Assembly: GCA_049903315.1 (NCBI GenBank)
Contig: JBNGBT010000001.1
Coordinates: forward strand, 160,001 to 224,000
Origin: Candidatus Cloacimonadota bacterium
GTDB taxonomy: Bacteria > Cloacimonadota > Cloacimonadia > JGIOTU-2
DNA length: 64,000 nucleotides
Direction: 5' to 3'
The position numbers and the translations under genes were made by a program. Positions within the stretch are counted from its first letter, which is position 1, and each line of letters starts with the position of its first letter. Under the pieces are notes generated by a model that ran no database searches, was not told where the DNA came from, and saw nothing but the letters and a program-made list of their open reading frames with translations. Positions 30,115 to 39,468 of the stretch are shown piece by piece.

Positions 30115-31059
30115 ATGAAAGGCGAAAATATGTATGATCTTATTATTATTGGAGGTGGTCCTGCTGGACTTACTGCGGGTCTCTATGCCGCACGATACAA
30201 ATTAAAAACGATTCTCATAGAAAAAGCTCCCTTTGCAGGCGGACAGCTTTTAAAAACATCTTATATCGAAAATTATCCGGGTTTTGATGAAGCTGTTCTC
30301 GGGTACGATCTTGCAACAAAAATGGAAAATCAGGCAATTCGTTTCGGGCTGGAAGTAATCAAGGAAACCGTTACTAAAATAGAATTAACTGATGAGAAGA
30401 AAAGTGTTTATACAGAAGAGAATGAATACCATACAAAGACAGCGATTATTTCAACCGGGTCAGAACCAAGGATGCTGGGTATCCCGGGGGAGATGGAATT
30501 TTATGGAAGGGGAGTATCCTATTGCGGAACCTGCGATGCACCTTTTTTTAAGGATAAAGTTGTTGCAGTGATCGGAGGAGGGAATACCGCGATCGAGGAA
30601 TCTCTTCACATTGCAAAATATGCATCAAAGGTATATATTATCCACAGAAGGGATGAACTCCGCGCAGATAAAATATGCCAGGAAAAAGCTTTTGCCGAAG
30701 AGAGGATTGAAGTCGTATGGAACTCGATAATTAAATCAATAGATTTTCAAACTGCTGGAGATAGACAAATTACTATTTTTAATAAGAAAACTGAAAAAGA
30801 AAGTAAATTAAAAGTTGACGGAGTTTTTGTTTTTATTGGTTTGAATCCAAATACAGATCTCTTCAAAGGACAGATCGATCTAACAAAAGATGGATTCATC
30901 GCTCAGAAAGCAGGCGAAGATATGAAAACAAATATTGCCGGAGTCTTTGCTGCTGGTGATGTGCGTGATAAGGTGTTGAGACAAATTGTCAATGCTGCCG
31001 GTGATGGAGCTGTAGCAGCTTTTGAAGCGAATAAATATTTAACTGAACATAGTATCTAA
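30115..31059 (+). CDS. trxB: Thioredoxin reductase
   Basis: GGGPAG, GVSYCGTCD, GGGNTA, HRRDELRA, FAAGDV. Confidence 0.95.
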   Translation: MKGENMYDLIIIGGGPAGLTAGLYAARYKLKTILIEKAPFAGGQLLKTSYIENYPGFDEAVLGYDLATKMENQAIRFGLEVIKETVTKIELTDEKKSVYTEENEYHTKTAIISTGSEPRMLGIPGEMEFYGRGVSYCGTCDAPFFKDKVVAVIGGGNTAIEESLHIAKYASKVYIIHRRDELRADKICQEKAFAEERIEVVWNSIIKSIDFQTAGDRQITIFNKKTEKESKLKVDGVFVFIGLNPNTDLFKGQIDLTKDGFIAQKAGEDMKTNIAGVFAAGDVRDKVLRQIVNAAGDGAVAAFEANKYLTEHSI

Positions 31060-31077
31060 AATAATAAGGAGTAAGTA

Positions 31078-31395
31078 ATGGCGTTAGCATTAACTGAAGG
31101 AAATTTCGAAAAAATCGTGAATTCGGGAAAAGTTGTCGTAGTAGATTTCTGGGCGGAATGGTGTATGCCCTGCAAAATGATAGGTCCAATCATTGATGAA
31201 CTCTCAAATGAAATGGACACCGATAAGGTTACAATGGCAAAATGTGACGTTGACAGCGAAAGAAATATTGCGATCAAATTCAGCATCACGAGTATTCCCA
31301 GTATTCTCTTTTTCAAGGATGGAAAGGTTATGGATCAGGTTGTTGGAGCAGTCCCCAAACGCATGATTGTCGATAAAATCAATGAACTGATATAA
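31078..31395 (+). CDS. trxA: Thioredoxin
   Basis: VDFWAEWCMPCK, I.SIP. Confidence 0.95.
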   Translation: MALALTEGNFEKIVNSGKVVVVDFWAEWCMPCKMIGPIIDELSNEMDTDKVTMAKCDVDSERNIAIKFSITSIPSILFFKDGKVMDQVVGAVPKRMIVDKINELI

Positions 31396-31419
31396 TGTAT
31401 TAACTACTTAAATTCTTAC

Positions 31420-31460
31420 AATCAACTCGGGAGTACGTCTTCTGAGTTGATTTATTTTTT
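31420..31460 (+). terminator. Probable terminator after trxA
   Basis: AATCAACTCGGGA/TTCTGAGTTGATT stem followed by a T-rich tract. Confidence 0.6.
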
Positions 31461-31468
31461 TAAACAAC

Positions 31469-31939
31469 ATGAAAGAAATTACTTTTACACTCAATGACAA
31501 GAAAGTTGCGCTCACAATCGATCCTATCAAGCGACTCATTGATGTCCTGAGAGAAGATTTTCGTCTGACAGGAACAAAAGAGGGATGCGGCATCGGAGAG
31601 TGTGGTGCCTGCACAGTGATCGTTGATAAAAAAGCAGTATGCTCTTGCATGATGCTTGCAGGTCAGGTTCAGGGAAAAGAAGTTATCACTATAGAAGGCA
31701 TTGAAAAAGAAGGTGAACTCTCTCCTTTGCAGAAAAATTTTATAAAGTATGGCGCTATTCAATGCGGATTTTGTACACCCGGCATGATCATGAGTGCCAC
31801 TGCTTTGCTGATGGAAAATCCCCATCCTACTAAAGAAGAAATCCGAATCGCTCTCTCTGGAAATCTTTGCAGATGTACTGGATATATGCAAATCATAGAA
31901 GCAATACAAGCAACAGTAAAAGAGCAGGAAGCTCAATAA
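31469..31939 (+). CDS. 2Fe-2S subunit of the xanthine/CO dehydrogenase family (XdhC/CoxS-like)
   Basis: TGTKEGCGIGECGACTV, QCGFCTPG, GNLCRCTGY. Confidence 0.93.
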   Translation: MKEITFTLNDKKVALTIDPIKRLIDVLREDFRLTGTKEGCGIGECGACTVIVDKKAVCSCMMLAGQVQGKEVITIEGIEKEGELSPLQKNFIKYGAIQCGFCTPGMIMSATALLMENPHPTKEEIRIALSGNLCRCTGYMQIIEAIQATVKEQEAQ

Positions 31940-31951
31940 TAAGAGAACACT

Positions 31952-34900
31952 ATGTCAGATAAAATGATTTCATTACCCTTTGAGAAATTACTCACCTGGA
32001 TATTTCAGGAATATGAGCAAAACAAAACAATATTTGGTATTCACGACACCCAATTTTATTTTAAGAAGAATAATAACTATTACAATGTTTTGAATGCTTC
32101 AATAGAAGAACCGATCGGACCGGCTGCAGGACCGCACACACAGCTTGCTCAGAATATTATTGTGTCATATCTTTGTGGGGGAAGATTCTTCGAGCTGAAA
32201 ACTGTGCAGAAACTAGATGAACTTGAGATCGAGAAACCTTGTATAGATGCGCCGGACGAAGGATATAATACTGAGTGGTCGACCGAATTGACAGTCCCAC
32301 AAGCGTATGACGAATATCTGAAAGCGTGGTTTGTGCTTCATATCATAAAAGAAGTGTTTAAGCTTTCGGAAAATGAGCAATCGGGATTCCTTTTCAATAT
32401 GAGTGTGGGCTATGATCTCGCAGGCATTAAAACTAAAAAGATAGATGATTTTATAGAGCACCTTAAAAATGCCGAAAAAAATCCTTTATTTAATGAATAT
32501 AAAAAAATTATTAGAAAATTTGCTCAGCACAATCCTGAATATTCAAAAAGTATCGAGGAAGTACTCTCAAAAATATTTCCTCTTATTTCTGATTCGATCA
32601 CACTGTCCACAATGCATGGTTGCCCACCGGATGAAATCGAGTCAATTTGTGAATATCTTCTCACAGAGAAAAAACTGCACACATTTGTAAAACTGAATCC
32701 GACACTGCTTGGTTATGACCGGGTTCGGGAAATCTTGGACGGACAGGGATTTTCCGATATTGCACTTCACCGCGATTCCTTTGAAAAAGACCTGCAGTTC
32801 GATGCAGCAGTTCCCATGCTCATTCGTCTTATGAAGGTAGCTGAAGTTGAAAACAAGAAGTTTGGGGTGAAGCTCTCGAATACGCTTGCAGTCGGCAATA
32901 ATGATACACGACTGCCTGGTGATGAGAAGTATATGTCCGGCAGAGCGCTGTATCCGATCACTATCACACTTGCTGCTGAGATCGCACATGCATTCGATGG
33001 AAAATTGCCAATCTCGTATTCCGGTGGTGCCTCATTTTGGAACATTGTCGATATATTGGAGACTGGTATCAAACCAATTACATTCGCCACAGTTCTGCTT
33101 AAACCGGGCGGGTATGTGCGTCTAAAGCAGCTTGCTGAAATAATCGAGAATAATCATATAGAAAATAAAATTTTTATTGATTTTAAGAGATTAAAAGAGT
33201 TAGCAGAGCGTGCTCTTACAAATCAGCAATTTACAAAAAGAGAATTTGCATCATCTGATTTGAAGATTAAAAAAGAATTAACTCCATTCGATTGTTTTAT
33301 AGCTCCCTGCAAAGAACGATGCCCGATCCATCAAGATGTACCGGAATACATTCGAGCAATCGAGGAAGAACGTTTTGATGATGCGCTGAAAATCATATAT
33401 GAAAAGAATCCTTTGCCTAATATCACAGGATATATCTGCGACCATCAATGCCAAACGAAGTGTGCGAGGTGGAATTACGAAAATTCTGTAGCGATACGGG
33501 AATTGAAAAAAGTAGCAGCAGAGAAAGGCACAGTTCGAAACCCGAAACTCGATACTCGAAACTCGGGTAAAAGTGTTGCCATTCTCGGTGCTGGTCCGGC
33601 AGGTTTAGCAGGGGCATATTTCTTAAGAAAATACGGATTTGAAGTGACCATTTTTGAAAAGGAAGCACATGCAGGCGGAACAGTTCGCAATGTGATACCT
33701 GATTTTAGAATACCGGATGATTTCATTCAAAAAGATATTGAATTCCTGGAAAGTTTAGGTGTCGAATTCCAATTTAATTATCAAAACGACGCTTTTCTTG
33801 AAGACTTCTCTGAACGTGGTTTCAATTATGTTGTTATTGGAATAGGAGCACATATTCCACGTATGTTGGATTGGTGTACTGAAAAAGAAAATGTATTTGA
33901 AGCACTCTCATTTTTGAGAGCACTGAAATCCGGAGATGAGATTACGCTTGGTAAAAAAGTCGCAATCATTGGTGGGGGAAATTCTGCTATGGATGCTGCC
34001 CGGGCAGCGAAGAGAGTTGCAGGTGTGCAAGAAGTATCGATTTTGTATCGACGTACAGAAGAATATATGCCGGCAGACAAAGAGGAATTTGATAATGCAC
34101 TCAATGAAGGGGTAGAATTTATAGAACTTATCAATCCCATTGATTTTGAGAACTCGCAGCTATTGTGCCAGAGAATGGAACTTGGCGATGCGGATGAAAG
34201 CGGACGAAGAACACCACTTCCGATTGAGAACGCACAGGAAATATATGAATTTAATTCGGTTGTTATGGCTATCGGCGAAGCTGTTGACCATGACCTTCTC
34301 GAACAAAATGGACTTGCGTTTGAAAAAGGAAAACCTGTTTACAATTTGGATACTCTTGAGACATCGATAGAGAATGTGTTTATCGGCGGCGATGCCTTAC
34401 GTGGACCTTCCACAGTGGTAGAGTCTATAGCAGATGGCAAACGGGCTGCTGAAGCCATTTTGGAGAAAGAGAAGATTATATTTAATGATGCGTCAGATAT
34501 AGAATTTGATAAAGTGAAGAGATTCGAGCAACTGATAACGCATCAGGGATATCTTCAAATAGAAAAAGAAGAGTTGCATTCTCCGGATGAGATAATAACA
34601 GAATCAAACAGGTGCCTGCAATGCGATTTCCTCTGTGCAAAATGTGTAGAAGTGTGTCCAAATAGGGCAAATGTACTAATAAATCTGATTGGAGAAGATC
34701 ATCCTTTCAAAAATGATTTCCAGATAGTTCATATTGATGATTTCTGCAATGAATGTGGAAACTGCGCTACATTCTGTCCATATGATAATGGAAAACCATA
34801 TAAAGAGAAATTTACACTTTACTGCTCCGAGAGGTCTTTCATAGAAAGCTCTAATGATGGTGTCATTTTCAATAATACTCATTTGAAAGTGAGAATAAGT

Positions 34901-35023
34901 GATTGTGTATATGAAGGAAATGTGAGCAAGAATAAAATTCAGTGGCATTCAAGGATTAATATTGAAAATCTTGACCGTATTGAATACATTTTAAAAAAAA
35001 TATACGAGAGTTATCTCATTTAG
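31952..35023 (+). CDS. ygfK: YgfK-family flavo-iron-sulfur oxidoreductase (annotated elsewhere as putative selenate reductase)
   Basis: GPAAGPHTQLAQN, ELKTVQ, EGYNTEWSTEL, KLNPTLLG, GltD-like GAGPAG/GGGNSAMD, CVEVCPNRAN, CNECGNC..FCP. Confidence 0.9.
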   Translation: MSDKMISLPFEKLLTWIFQEYEQNKTIFGIHDTQFYFKKNNNYYNVLNASIEEPIGPAAGPHTQLAQNIIVSYLCGGRFFELKTVQKLDELEIEKPCIDAPDEGYNTEWSTELTVPQAYDEYLKAWFVLHIIKEVFKLSENEQSGFLFNMSVGYDLAGIKTKKIDDFIEHLKNAEKNPLFNEYKKIIRKFAQHNPEYSKSIEEVLSKIFPLISDSITLSTMHGCPPDEIESICEYLLTEKKLHTFVKLNPTLLGYDRVREILDGQGFSDIALHRDSFEKDLQFDAAVPMLIRLMKVAEVENKKFGVKLSNTLAVGNNDTRLPGDEKYMSGRALYPITITLAAEIAHAFDGKLPISYSGGASFWNIVDILETGIKPITFATVLLKPGGYVRLKQLAEIIENNHIENKIFIDFKRLKELAERALTNQQFTKREFASSDLKIKKELTPFDCFIAPCKERCPIHQDVPEYIRAIEEERFDDALKIIYEKNPLPNITGYICDHQCQTKCARWNYENSVAIRELKKVAAEKGTVRNPKLDTRNSGKSVAILGAGPAGLAGAYFLRKYGFEVTIFEKEAHAGGTVRNVIPDFRIPDDFIQKDIEFLESLGVEFQFNYQNDAFLEDFSERGFNYVVIGIGAHIPRMLDWCTEKENVFEALSFLRALKSGDEITLGKKVAIIGGGNSAMDAARAAKRVAGVQEVSILYRRTEEYMPADKEEFDNALNEGVEFIELINPIDFENSQLLCQRMELGDADESGRRTPLPIENAQEIYEFNSVVMAIGEAVDHDLLEQNGLAFEKGKPVYNLDTLETSIENVFIGGDALRGPSTVVESIADGKRAAEAILEKEKIIFNDASDIEFDKVKRFEQLITHQGYLQIEKEELHSPDEIITESNRCLQCDFLCAKCVEVCPNRANVLINLIGEDHPFKNDFQIVHIDDFCNECGNCATFCPYDNGKPYKEKFTLYCSERSFIESSNDGVIFNNTHLKVRISDCVYEGNVSKNKIQWHSRINIENLDRIEYILKKIYESYLI
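33535..33565 (+). repeat. Heptamer tandem repeat inside ygfK
   Basis: TCGAAAC CCGAAAC TCGATAC TCGAAAC TCG. Confidence 0.7.
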
Positions 35024-35035
35024 TTTTGAGATGTC

Positions 35036-35269
35036 ATGAAACGACCCATGACTGTAAAACCAGAGGAATCTATGGCTGAAGATGTAAAAATTGCATGTGA
35101 AAATTGTGTCTACTGGCACAATCGTCATTGCGAGAATTTCTCATCCAAATGGATGGGAATGGTCACCGCAAAGAATCAAAACTGCGGTTATTTCAAACAA
35201 AAACCTAAAAAGAAGGAAGAAAAAAAAGAAACCAAATCAGAAGAATCTTCTGAAAAAAATGAAAAGTAA
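35036..35269 (+). CDS. Small Cys-rich hypothetical protein
   Basis: CENC...C...C pattern followed by a K/E-rich tail. Confidence 0.55.
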   Translation: MKRPMTVKPEESMAEDVKIACENCVYWHNRHCENFSSKWMGMVTAKNQNCGYFKQKPKKKEEKKETKSEESSEKNEK

Positions 35270-35283
35270 GAAAGGAAGGTCAC

Positions 35284-35793
35284 ATGGCAAAGACAATTGG
35301 TAAAGGTTCATGGATAATTACGTTAAAAGGGATAGTTGCGTTAATTTTTGGATTAATCGCACTTTTTTATCCCGGAATGACTCTTGCTGTGCTCACACAG
35401 GTTTTTGGATTTATGCTTCTTATTGCGGGTGTTGTCTTTATTGTTGGAGCGATATTTCATACAAAGCATAATAAGAGCTGGAGTTCATGGCTTTTTGAAG
35501 GTATTATCGATCTCATAATGGGATTGATCATCATTGCATTCCCGATTTTTGCTGTTGGTGCATTTATGATCTTGATTGCTATCTGGGCTCTTATTATGGG
35601 GATTTGGAGGATTTATCTTGCATTTAAATTCACATCTCAACGAGGAATATTGCTATTCGGTGGAATTATTTCTCTCATTTTTGGTATTCTTGTCCTTATT
35701 AATCCCTTTGCAGGTGCAGGAGCAATAATGATCGTGATCGGTATCTGGGCAATTATTTTCGGACTTTCAGTGATTTTCCGATCATTTAACTAA
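35284..35793 (+). CDS. HdeD/DUF308 family membrane protein
   Basis: Repeated GI..LI.G.I....P hydrophobic units; GGAAGG RBS. Confidence 0.88.
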   Translation: MAKTIGKGSWIITLKGIVALIFGLIALFYPGMTLAVLTQVFGFMLLIAGVVFIVGAIFHTKHNKSWSSWLFEGIIDLIMGLIIIAFPIFAVGAFMILIAIWALIMGIWRIYLAFKFTSQRGILLFGGIISLIFGILVLINPFAGAGAIMIVIGIWAIIFGLSVIFRSFN

Positions 35794-35852
35794 GTATTTA
35801 ATAAAACGTATTCATGAATAATCTCGGAAGCTGGGGCTTACACAGTTATGTG

Positions 35853-35973
35853 CTTTACCAATTTAGGAATTGGTAAAGAGCAGAGCAGGAATAGAGGATT
35901 TATATTGAGTATAAAAGGTTGGTTTTATACATCAATGCCCACCCTCTCTTTACCAAGCCCCAGCTTGGTAAAG
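35853..35973. repeat. REP hairpin pair upstream of RAYT
   Basis: 35853-35880 CTTTACCAATTtaggAATTGGTAAAGAG (minus orientation) and 35946-35973 CTCTTTACCAAGCcccaGCTTGGTAAAG. Confidence 0.85.
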
Positions 35974-35992
35974 CAAGCTGAGTGATATTGAT

Positions 35993-36532
35993 ATGAGAAG
36001 CTCTTACAGATTCTCAGAAGATGCGTCTGAGCTTTATTTTGTGACATTTACAATTGTTGAATGGATACCGATATTTATAAAACAGAGATATTGCGATATC
36101 ATTATTCGCAATCTGGAATTCTATAGAAGAGAACAAGGACTAAGGATTCATTACCTTGTAATAATGCCTGAGCATATCCATATTATTTTGTCTTCCGAAA
36201 AAGATGTTGGGAATATAATTCATAACTTAAAAAGTTATACAGCAAAAGATATAATATTTAGCTTGAAAAATGACAAACATAAATGGATTTTAAATTTATT
36301 GAAGTATTATAAGAAACAGCATAAAGCTCAGTCAGAATATCAACTATGGCAAGAAGGAAGCCATCCAGAAATGATTATCTCCGAGAAGATGCTTATACAA
36401 AAGATAGAGTATATACATTTCAATCCAGTGAAGGCAGGATTAGTTAGAGAACCTGAAGATTGGATATATTCTAGTGCGAGTTATTTTGCAGGTAAAGATT
36501 CGATAATGGAATTTGATGAGATTGAATTATAG
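35993..36532 (+). mobile_element. REP-associated tyrosine transposase (RAYT, Y1 HUH family)
   Basis: YFVTF, VIMPEHIH (HUH), WQEGSH, YIHFNPVKAGLV..PEDW.YSS; REP hairpins on both sides. Confidence 0.9.
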
Positions 36533-36590
36533 TTATTGAGAATGTGGTGCTTCTTTTATATCATTTGTCTTGTAGAAGCGGGGGCTTGTA

Positions 36591-36679
36591 CTTTACCAAC
36601 TAAGGAGTTGGTAAAGAGTATGAAAATATATGAAATAAATATCTATTAAATCTCTTTACCAAGCCCCAGCTTGGTAAAG
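36591..36679. repeat. REP hairpin pair downstream of RAYT
   Basis: 36591-36618 CTTTACCAACTaaggAGTTGGTAAAGAG and 36652-36679, which is identical to 35946-35973. Confidence 0.85.
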
Positions 36680-36954
36680 AAGGAGTTACATACATCGAAT
36701 AATTTGACATAAAATACATGCATCAAAATAAACTTGATTTTCTAAATTTACAAGGAGATGCTGGATAATGAATACTGGCAGTAGCGGTTACAGTATATTG
36801 ATCTTGATCTACAAGACAAGGCGATTGTCCTGTATTTTCTAGCGCAGGAACACCTTCTTAATTACGATACAGCACAATAATAATATCAAAAAATATATTA
36901 GATCCGTAATTACATTATATGTATATGTATTTTTATCGGATCAAGGAGTAAAAA

Positions 36955-38031
36955 ATGCGAACAAATAAATTCTTGGGCAGAGATTGGCTCAGCCCTGAAA
37001 TCGACTACACAAAAGAAGAATGGGAATCAATGCTTCGGCTTGCAGAAGAGTTGAAAACACGTTATGCAATTAACGAAGATACTTCTCATATTCTTAAAGG
37101 GAAAACACTTTATACAATGTTTTTCAACAGCTCGCTTCGAACAAGAAGCACATTTGCTGCAGGCATTCAGCAGCTTGGTGGATATCACGTAGATCTTGAA
37201 CCGGGAAAGACATACACACCGGCAAGAAAGGGTTTTGAAATACCCTATAAAACAGAACGAATCTGCGACGTTGCACAGGTGCTTAGCAGAACAGGCGACG
37301 CAATAGCGATCCGTATGTATGGTGCTCCCTCACAATGGATATATGGTTTTGCTCATGAAACTATGAAGGAATTTGCCTATTACTCAGATATTCCAATCAT
37401 TAATATGGAGTGTGACAAATATCATCCATGCCAGGCATTGGCTGACATGCTCACGATCAAAGAAAAATTCCATGAATTCAAAGGGAAGAAATTCGTCATA
37501 AGCTGGGCATATTCCGGTTCAACTTCTAAGCCCTTTGCTGTTCCTCAAAGTCTTGCACTTGCACCTTCGCTACTTGGAATGGATGTAGTTCTTGCACGTC
37601 CCAAAGGATTCGAACTCGATCCTGAAGTAACAAAGAAATGCCATGAATATGCTGCACAGAACGGTAGCACCTTTGAAGAAACAGATGATATGGAAGCCGC
37701 ATTTGAAGGCGCACATGTTGTGTATCCGAAATCATGGGGAGCGCTTCCTTACTTTGCTCAAGTCGATAAGAATGGCAAAAAGGTCAAAGAAGAAAACCTC
37801 GCTGGAATGAAAGATCTTTTCGAGAAAAACAAGCACTGGATCTGCGATGAAAAGAAAATGAAGCTCATCGATAAGAATGGTGTTTACATGCATTGCTTAC
37901 CTGCAGACCGAGATATGGAAGTTACTGATGCCGTGATCGATGGACCTCAGAGTGTTGTCTATGACGAAGCTGAAAACCGTCTTCATGCTCAGAAAGCGAT
38001 CATGACACTTCTCATGGGCGGAAGATTGTAA
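36955..38031 (+). CDS. Transcarbamylase, YgeW/AOTCase-like (non-canonical OTCase)
   Basis: SSLRTR, HPCQ, HCLP, EAENRLH; WAYS....KP.AVPQ and VYPKSW as in YgeW; no DxxxSMG. Confidence 0.85.
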   Translation: MRTNKFLGRDWLSPEIDYTKEEWESMLRLAEELKTRYAINEDTSHILKGKTLYTMFFNSSLRTRSTFAAGIQQLGGYHVDLEPGKTYTPARKGFEIPYKTERICDVAQVLSRTGDAIAIRMYGAPSQWIYGFAHETMKEFAYYSDIPIINMECDKYHPCQALADMLTIKEKFHEFKGKKFVISWAYSGSTSKPFAVPQSLALAPSLLGMDVVLARPKGFELDPEVTKKCHEYAAQNGSTFEETDDMEAAFEGAHVVYPKSWGALPYFAQVDKNGKKVKEENLAGMKDLFEKNKHWICDEKKMKLIDKNGVYMHCLPADRDMEVTDAVIDGPQSVVYDEAENRLHAQKAIMTLLMGGRL

Positions 38032-38053
38032 ATTTAAAATGTAAATAAAAAAT

Positions 38054-38204
38054 GAACCACGAAAGTCACGAAAAGCACAAAAAATATTCTCAACTTGATT
38101 TTCATAAATTCCATAGGATGAGATTGTAAGAGTTCAAATAAATTTATGACTCTTATAAATAATATTAGTTACTTCTTTCGTGAATTTTGTGTATTTCGTG
38201 GTTC
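38054..38204. repeat. MITE-like element with imperfect ~30-bp terminal inverted repeats
   Basis: Left GAACCACGAAAGTCACGAAAAGCACAAAA; right, reverse-complemented, GAACCACGAAATACACAAAATTCACGAAA. Confidence 0.6.
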
Positions 38205-38224
38205 CGAATTAAATAGGAGAAAAA

Positions 38225-39262
38225 ATGTTAATAGATTTAAAAGGGAAAGATGTTATCTGTAGCCAAGAACTTACACTGCCTCAGATTGAGGCGCTTCTTA
38301 AGCTTGCAAAAGAAATGAAGGCAGATCGGTTCGGTGATAAATATATTGAACTGTTGAAGGATCGAACATTCTTGATGTTTTTCTTTAACCCTTCATTACG
38401 TACACGTATTTCTTTTGAAGCAGCTGCGACTGAACTCGGCGGTCATGCTCAATTTCTCGAACCAAAAACAATGCGTCTAAAAAAAACAAGCAAAGGTGTA
38501 GAAGTTCAGGCAGGAGAAACGATCGAAGATGCAGCTCAGGTTCTAGATCGATATGCGTGCGGAATGGGTATCAGGATTCTTGAAACCTCAGTAGAAAATT
38601 ACGGTGATGGAGATGCACTGTTGCGTGAATACGCTCGCTGGATGGATGCTCCGATCATTAATATGGCTGATGATAAGTATCATCCATGCCAGGGATTATC
38701 AGATGTGATGGGCATGCAGGAGCACAAAGGCGATCTAACAGGAAAAACTGTTCTCATGACTTGGGCACACGGCGCTCTTGCACGTTCCTATTGCTCGGTG
38801 CATGAGAATCTTTTGATAACCTCACGATTGGGAATGAATGTTCGCCTTGCGTATCCTGAGAGATATGATCTGCCAGAAGAAGAAATAGAAAAAGTCCGCA
38901 TGAACTGCAAATTGAATAATAAGAAATTTGAGATCTGCCACGATCCCGATGAAGCATATACGGCTGATGTTGAGTTTGTGTACTCCCGAAACTGGTTTGG
39001 ACCGGATTTCTATGAAATAGGTAAAGAAGCTGAGATCGGAAGGGCGAGTAAACTCACAAACTGGATTTGCACTGAAGAGAGAATGAAGCGCACAAACAAC
39101 GGACTATTTGTACATCCCATGCCGGTTGATCGGGGCAAAGAAGTAACCGACGAAGTTGCAAGCGGTCCTCGATCCATTATAGTTGATATCGCAGAAAACC
39201 GCCTTCATACCCAGAAAGCAATCATGGCAATGACGATTGCGGGGATGAAGGTTGAAATTTGA
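38225..39262 (+). CDS. Second non-canonical transcarbamylase
   Basis: PSLRTR, HPCQ, HPMP in place of HCLP, AENRLH; no DxxxSMG. Confidence 0.85.
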   Translation: MLIDLKGKDVICSQELTLPQIEALLKLAKEMKADRFGDKYIELLKDRTFLMFFFNPSLRTRISFEAAATELGGHAQFLEPKTMRLKKTSKGVEVQAGETIEDAAQVLDRYACGMGIRILETSVENYGDGDALLREYARWMDAPIINMADDKYHPCQGLSDVMGMQEHKGDLTGKTVLMTWAHGALARSYCSVHENLLITSRLGMNVRLAYPERYDLPEEEIEKVRMNCKLNNKKFEICHDPDEAYTADVEFVYSRNWFGPDFYEIGKEAEIGRASKLTNWICTEERMKRTNNGLFVHPMPVDRGKEVTDEVASGPRSIIVDIAENRLHTQKAIMAMTIAGMKVEI

Positions 39263-39290
39263 AATAATACTGAAAACAATAATATATGAA

Positions 39291-39369
39291 ACCACAGAGA
39301 ACACAGAAAGAACCGAGAAAATCTCCTCTTGAGAGGAGTACTCCGCTTGCTGGCGGAGGGAGGTATGTT
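39291..39369. repeat. Cluster of short repeat and palindrome remnants
   Basis: ACCACAGAGAACACAGAAAG; CTCCTCT-tg-AGAGGAG; CTCCGC-ttgctg-GCGGAG. Confidence 0.5.
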
Positions 39370-39468
39370 TTATATAATATTTTCGAAAGAAAGTTATGCT
39401 TAATATGATATTTAATGATTTCATGTTTTAAGTTGATATTTACAATTTTATAAAATGGAGATAAAACA

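Noticed and set aside
31952..35023. Selenoprotein or true selenate reductase
   Set aside because: No in-frame UGA in this or neighbouring redox genes; the name is only a legacy family annotation
35853..36679. 28-bp palindromic repeats as a CRISPR array
   Set aside because: Alternating orientation, irregular spacing, they flank a RAYT gene, and no cas genes are present
36768..36842. 24-aa ORF (MNTGSSGYSILILIYKTRRLSCIF) as an Arg-sensing leader peptide
   Set aside because: Only two Arg codons and no convincing attenuator structure; cannot be supported from sequence alone
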